DNA of 64,000 nt, taken from NCBI GenBank assembly GCA_937899865.1, contig CALBRH010000063.1:79510-143509 (forward strand), in the 5' to 3' direction. Position numbers and translations under genes: made by a program. Below the pieces are notes generated by a model, which was not told the DNA's origin, ran no database searches, and was given only the letters and a program-made list of their open reading frames with translations. Positions 62,695 to 64,000 of the stretch are shown in pieces; the first letter of the stretch is position 1, and every line of letters starts with the position of its first letter. The DNA is from an uncultured euryarchaeote. GTDB lineage: Archaea; Thermoplasmatota; Poseidoniia; Poseidoniales; Poseidoniaceae.

Positions 62695-64000
62695 GTGAGT
62701 GAACAGCATATTGAGCCGGTTAACGTTTCGTTTTCCGCGGTACAGTATATTCCAAAGACTGAATTTCATTCAGTTCAATATTCTCTTCCTCCATCCAAAA
62801 GTCATATGATTAGATTACTTGCTCTAGCGGCTATTAATCAAGGTACAACTAAACTTAGATTTGATGGAATGATTGGGCAAGATATTGATTCAATGATCAA
62901 ATCACTAAGGTCACTTGGAGTAAATATTTCTTTTTCTAAAGACAATATTAGTAAATTTATTACAGTTTCAGGAGTTGGTAGTGATGGATTTAGGCTACAT
63001 GAAGCATCAATAAATTGCGGTAATTCTGGAACTGCATTGAGGATAATAATGGGATTAATCTCTTCAATGAATCAATCTGTAATGATTATAGGTGACGAAT
63101 CTTTGTCTAGTAGGGATAATAATTCAATGATTAAGTCTCTATGTGATTCTAATGTCTCAGTTGAAAGGATTGGTGAAAACAATTTGCCAATAATTATTCA
63201 TGGGCCATGGTTTGATGGCGATAGCGAAGATAAGGTTATTACTATTGACTCTAGTAAATCAAGTCAACCATTAACATCTTGGATGATTGCTAGTGCTCTT
63301 TTCCCATGCAATGTTAAATTAGATGTGAGTGGTAAAAAAGTTTCAAATCGTCATTACCAGTTGACTAAAGACCTATGTAATGAGTTTGGAGCTAACATAA
63401 ATTCTCTCGAAGATGGTTTTGCGATAAACAAATGGAACGTTGATTTTCCTGAACATTATTTTGTTCCTGGAGATGCTTCTATGGCTAGCTTTGCCATACT
63501 TCTAACCAAGTTACATAATTGTCAAGTCAATCTGACAAACTGGCCTCAATTCAAAGATGCGTTAGGTAGTGAGATGTTACAAGAAAGAACGAATTCGCTT
63601 GGTATAAGTTGGGAAAATAGCACTATAAGGAATAGTAATGATGGCAAATATTCCAGTTATGATTTGACAAATTGCAATGATTTGATTACACCTCTTTCAA
63701 TTATTTTGGCATTGTCAAATGGTGGAAAAATTTCTGGTATATCTCATACTGTGTTTAAAGAAAGTAATAGAATAGAGAAAACCATTGAATTAATGGATTG
63801 TTTTGGATTAAAGGCAATTCTTGATAGTGAACACATTTTGGTAGAAGGAGGACAAGTACCCAAGTCTCCAAAATCTCCAGTTAAATGCTATAATGATCAT
63901 AGAATATTCATGTCAGCAGCTATATTGATGACTAAATTTGGCGGCGATTTAATTTATTTTCAAGGTCACAGTGCTCCAGGAATGTATGCAAGAGCATTTT
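62695..64000 (+). CDS. aroA: 3-phosphoshikimate 1-carboxyvinyltransferase (EPSP synthase), running off the window; last ~20 codons look foreign
   Basis: Not in the ORF track. Frame from GTG 62695 gives LPPSKSH, CGNSGTALR, SSQPLTS, KESNRI, DHRI. Confidence 0.88.
   Translation, partial: MSEQHIEPVNVSFSAVQYIPKTEFHSVQYSLPPSKSHMIRLLALAAINQGTTKLRFDGMIGQDIDSMIKSLRSLGVNISFSKDNISKFITVSGVGSDGFRLHEASINCGNSGTALRIIMGLISSMNQSVMIIGDESLSSRDNNSMIKSLCDSNVSVERIGENNLPIIIHGPWFDGDSEDKVITIDSSKSSQPLTSWMIASALFPCNVKLDVSGKKVSNRHYQLTKDLCNEFGANINSLEDGFAINKWNVDFPEHYFVPGDASMASFAILLTKLHNCQVNLTNWPQFKDALGSEMLQERTNSLGISWENSTIRNSNDGKYSSYDLTNCNDLITPLSIILALSNGGKISGISHTVFKESNRIEKTIELMDCFGLKAILDSEHILVEGGQVPKSPKSPVKCYNDHRIFMSAAILMTKFGGDLIYFQGHSAPGMYARAF

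Noticed and set aside
62623-62770. Moco riboswitch or long N-terminal extension of MoaA (ORF track start 62769)
   Set aside because: Most of this region is the 5' coding part of aroA on the opposite strand; only ~70 nt are intergenic and no riboswitch-like structure was seen

Overview
This is an AT-rich, gene-dense archaeal chromosomal segment, most consistent with Marine Group II Thermoplasmatota (Ca. Poseidoniales). That assignment is inferred from archaeal information genes (aIF2-gamma, S6e, Cdc6/Orc1, Dph2, Hel308, Cgi121, RPA) together with gyrA/gyrB, a class II HMG-CoA reductase and a giant PKD-repeat metalloprotease. About 53 CDSs are supported, including smc-scpA-scpB, a cdc6-rps6e-eif2g-PIN cluster, gyrBA, hel308-cgi121-tldD-tldE-rpa1-rpa2, a Tad-like pilus cluster, aroD, aroA and moaA. 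I saw no rRNA, tRNA, CRISPR array, transposase or integrase. The most interesting observations are: (1) a phage tail-tube-initiator/DNA_circ_N-like small protein leading a TadB/TadC/ATPase operon with no prophage around it; (2) a symmetric TAACG/CGTTA array in front of a degenerate AAA+-winged-helix gene and a coupled beta-propeller gene; (3) a canonical EF-hand at the C-terminus of GyrA; (4) apparent pseudo-enzymes (GcvH without the lipoyl-Lys, HemC-like without its catalytic motifs); (5) a triple-SAP protein; (6) a bacterial-type class II CCA-adding enzyme; (7) a probable assembly chimera in the last ~60 nt, where aroA switches in frame to aceE-like sequence. All family assignments come from motif recognition by eye; no database searches were run.
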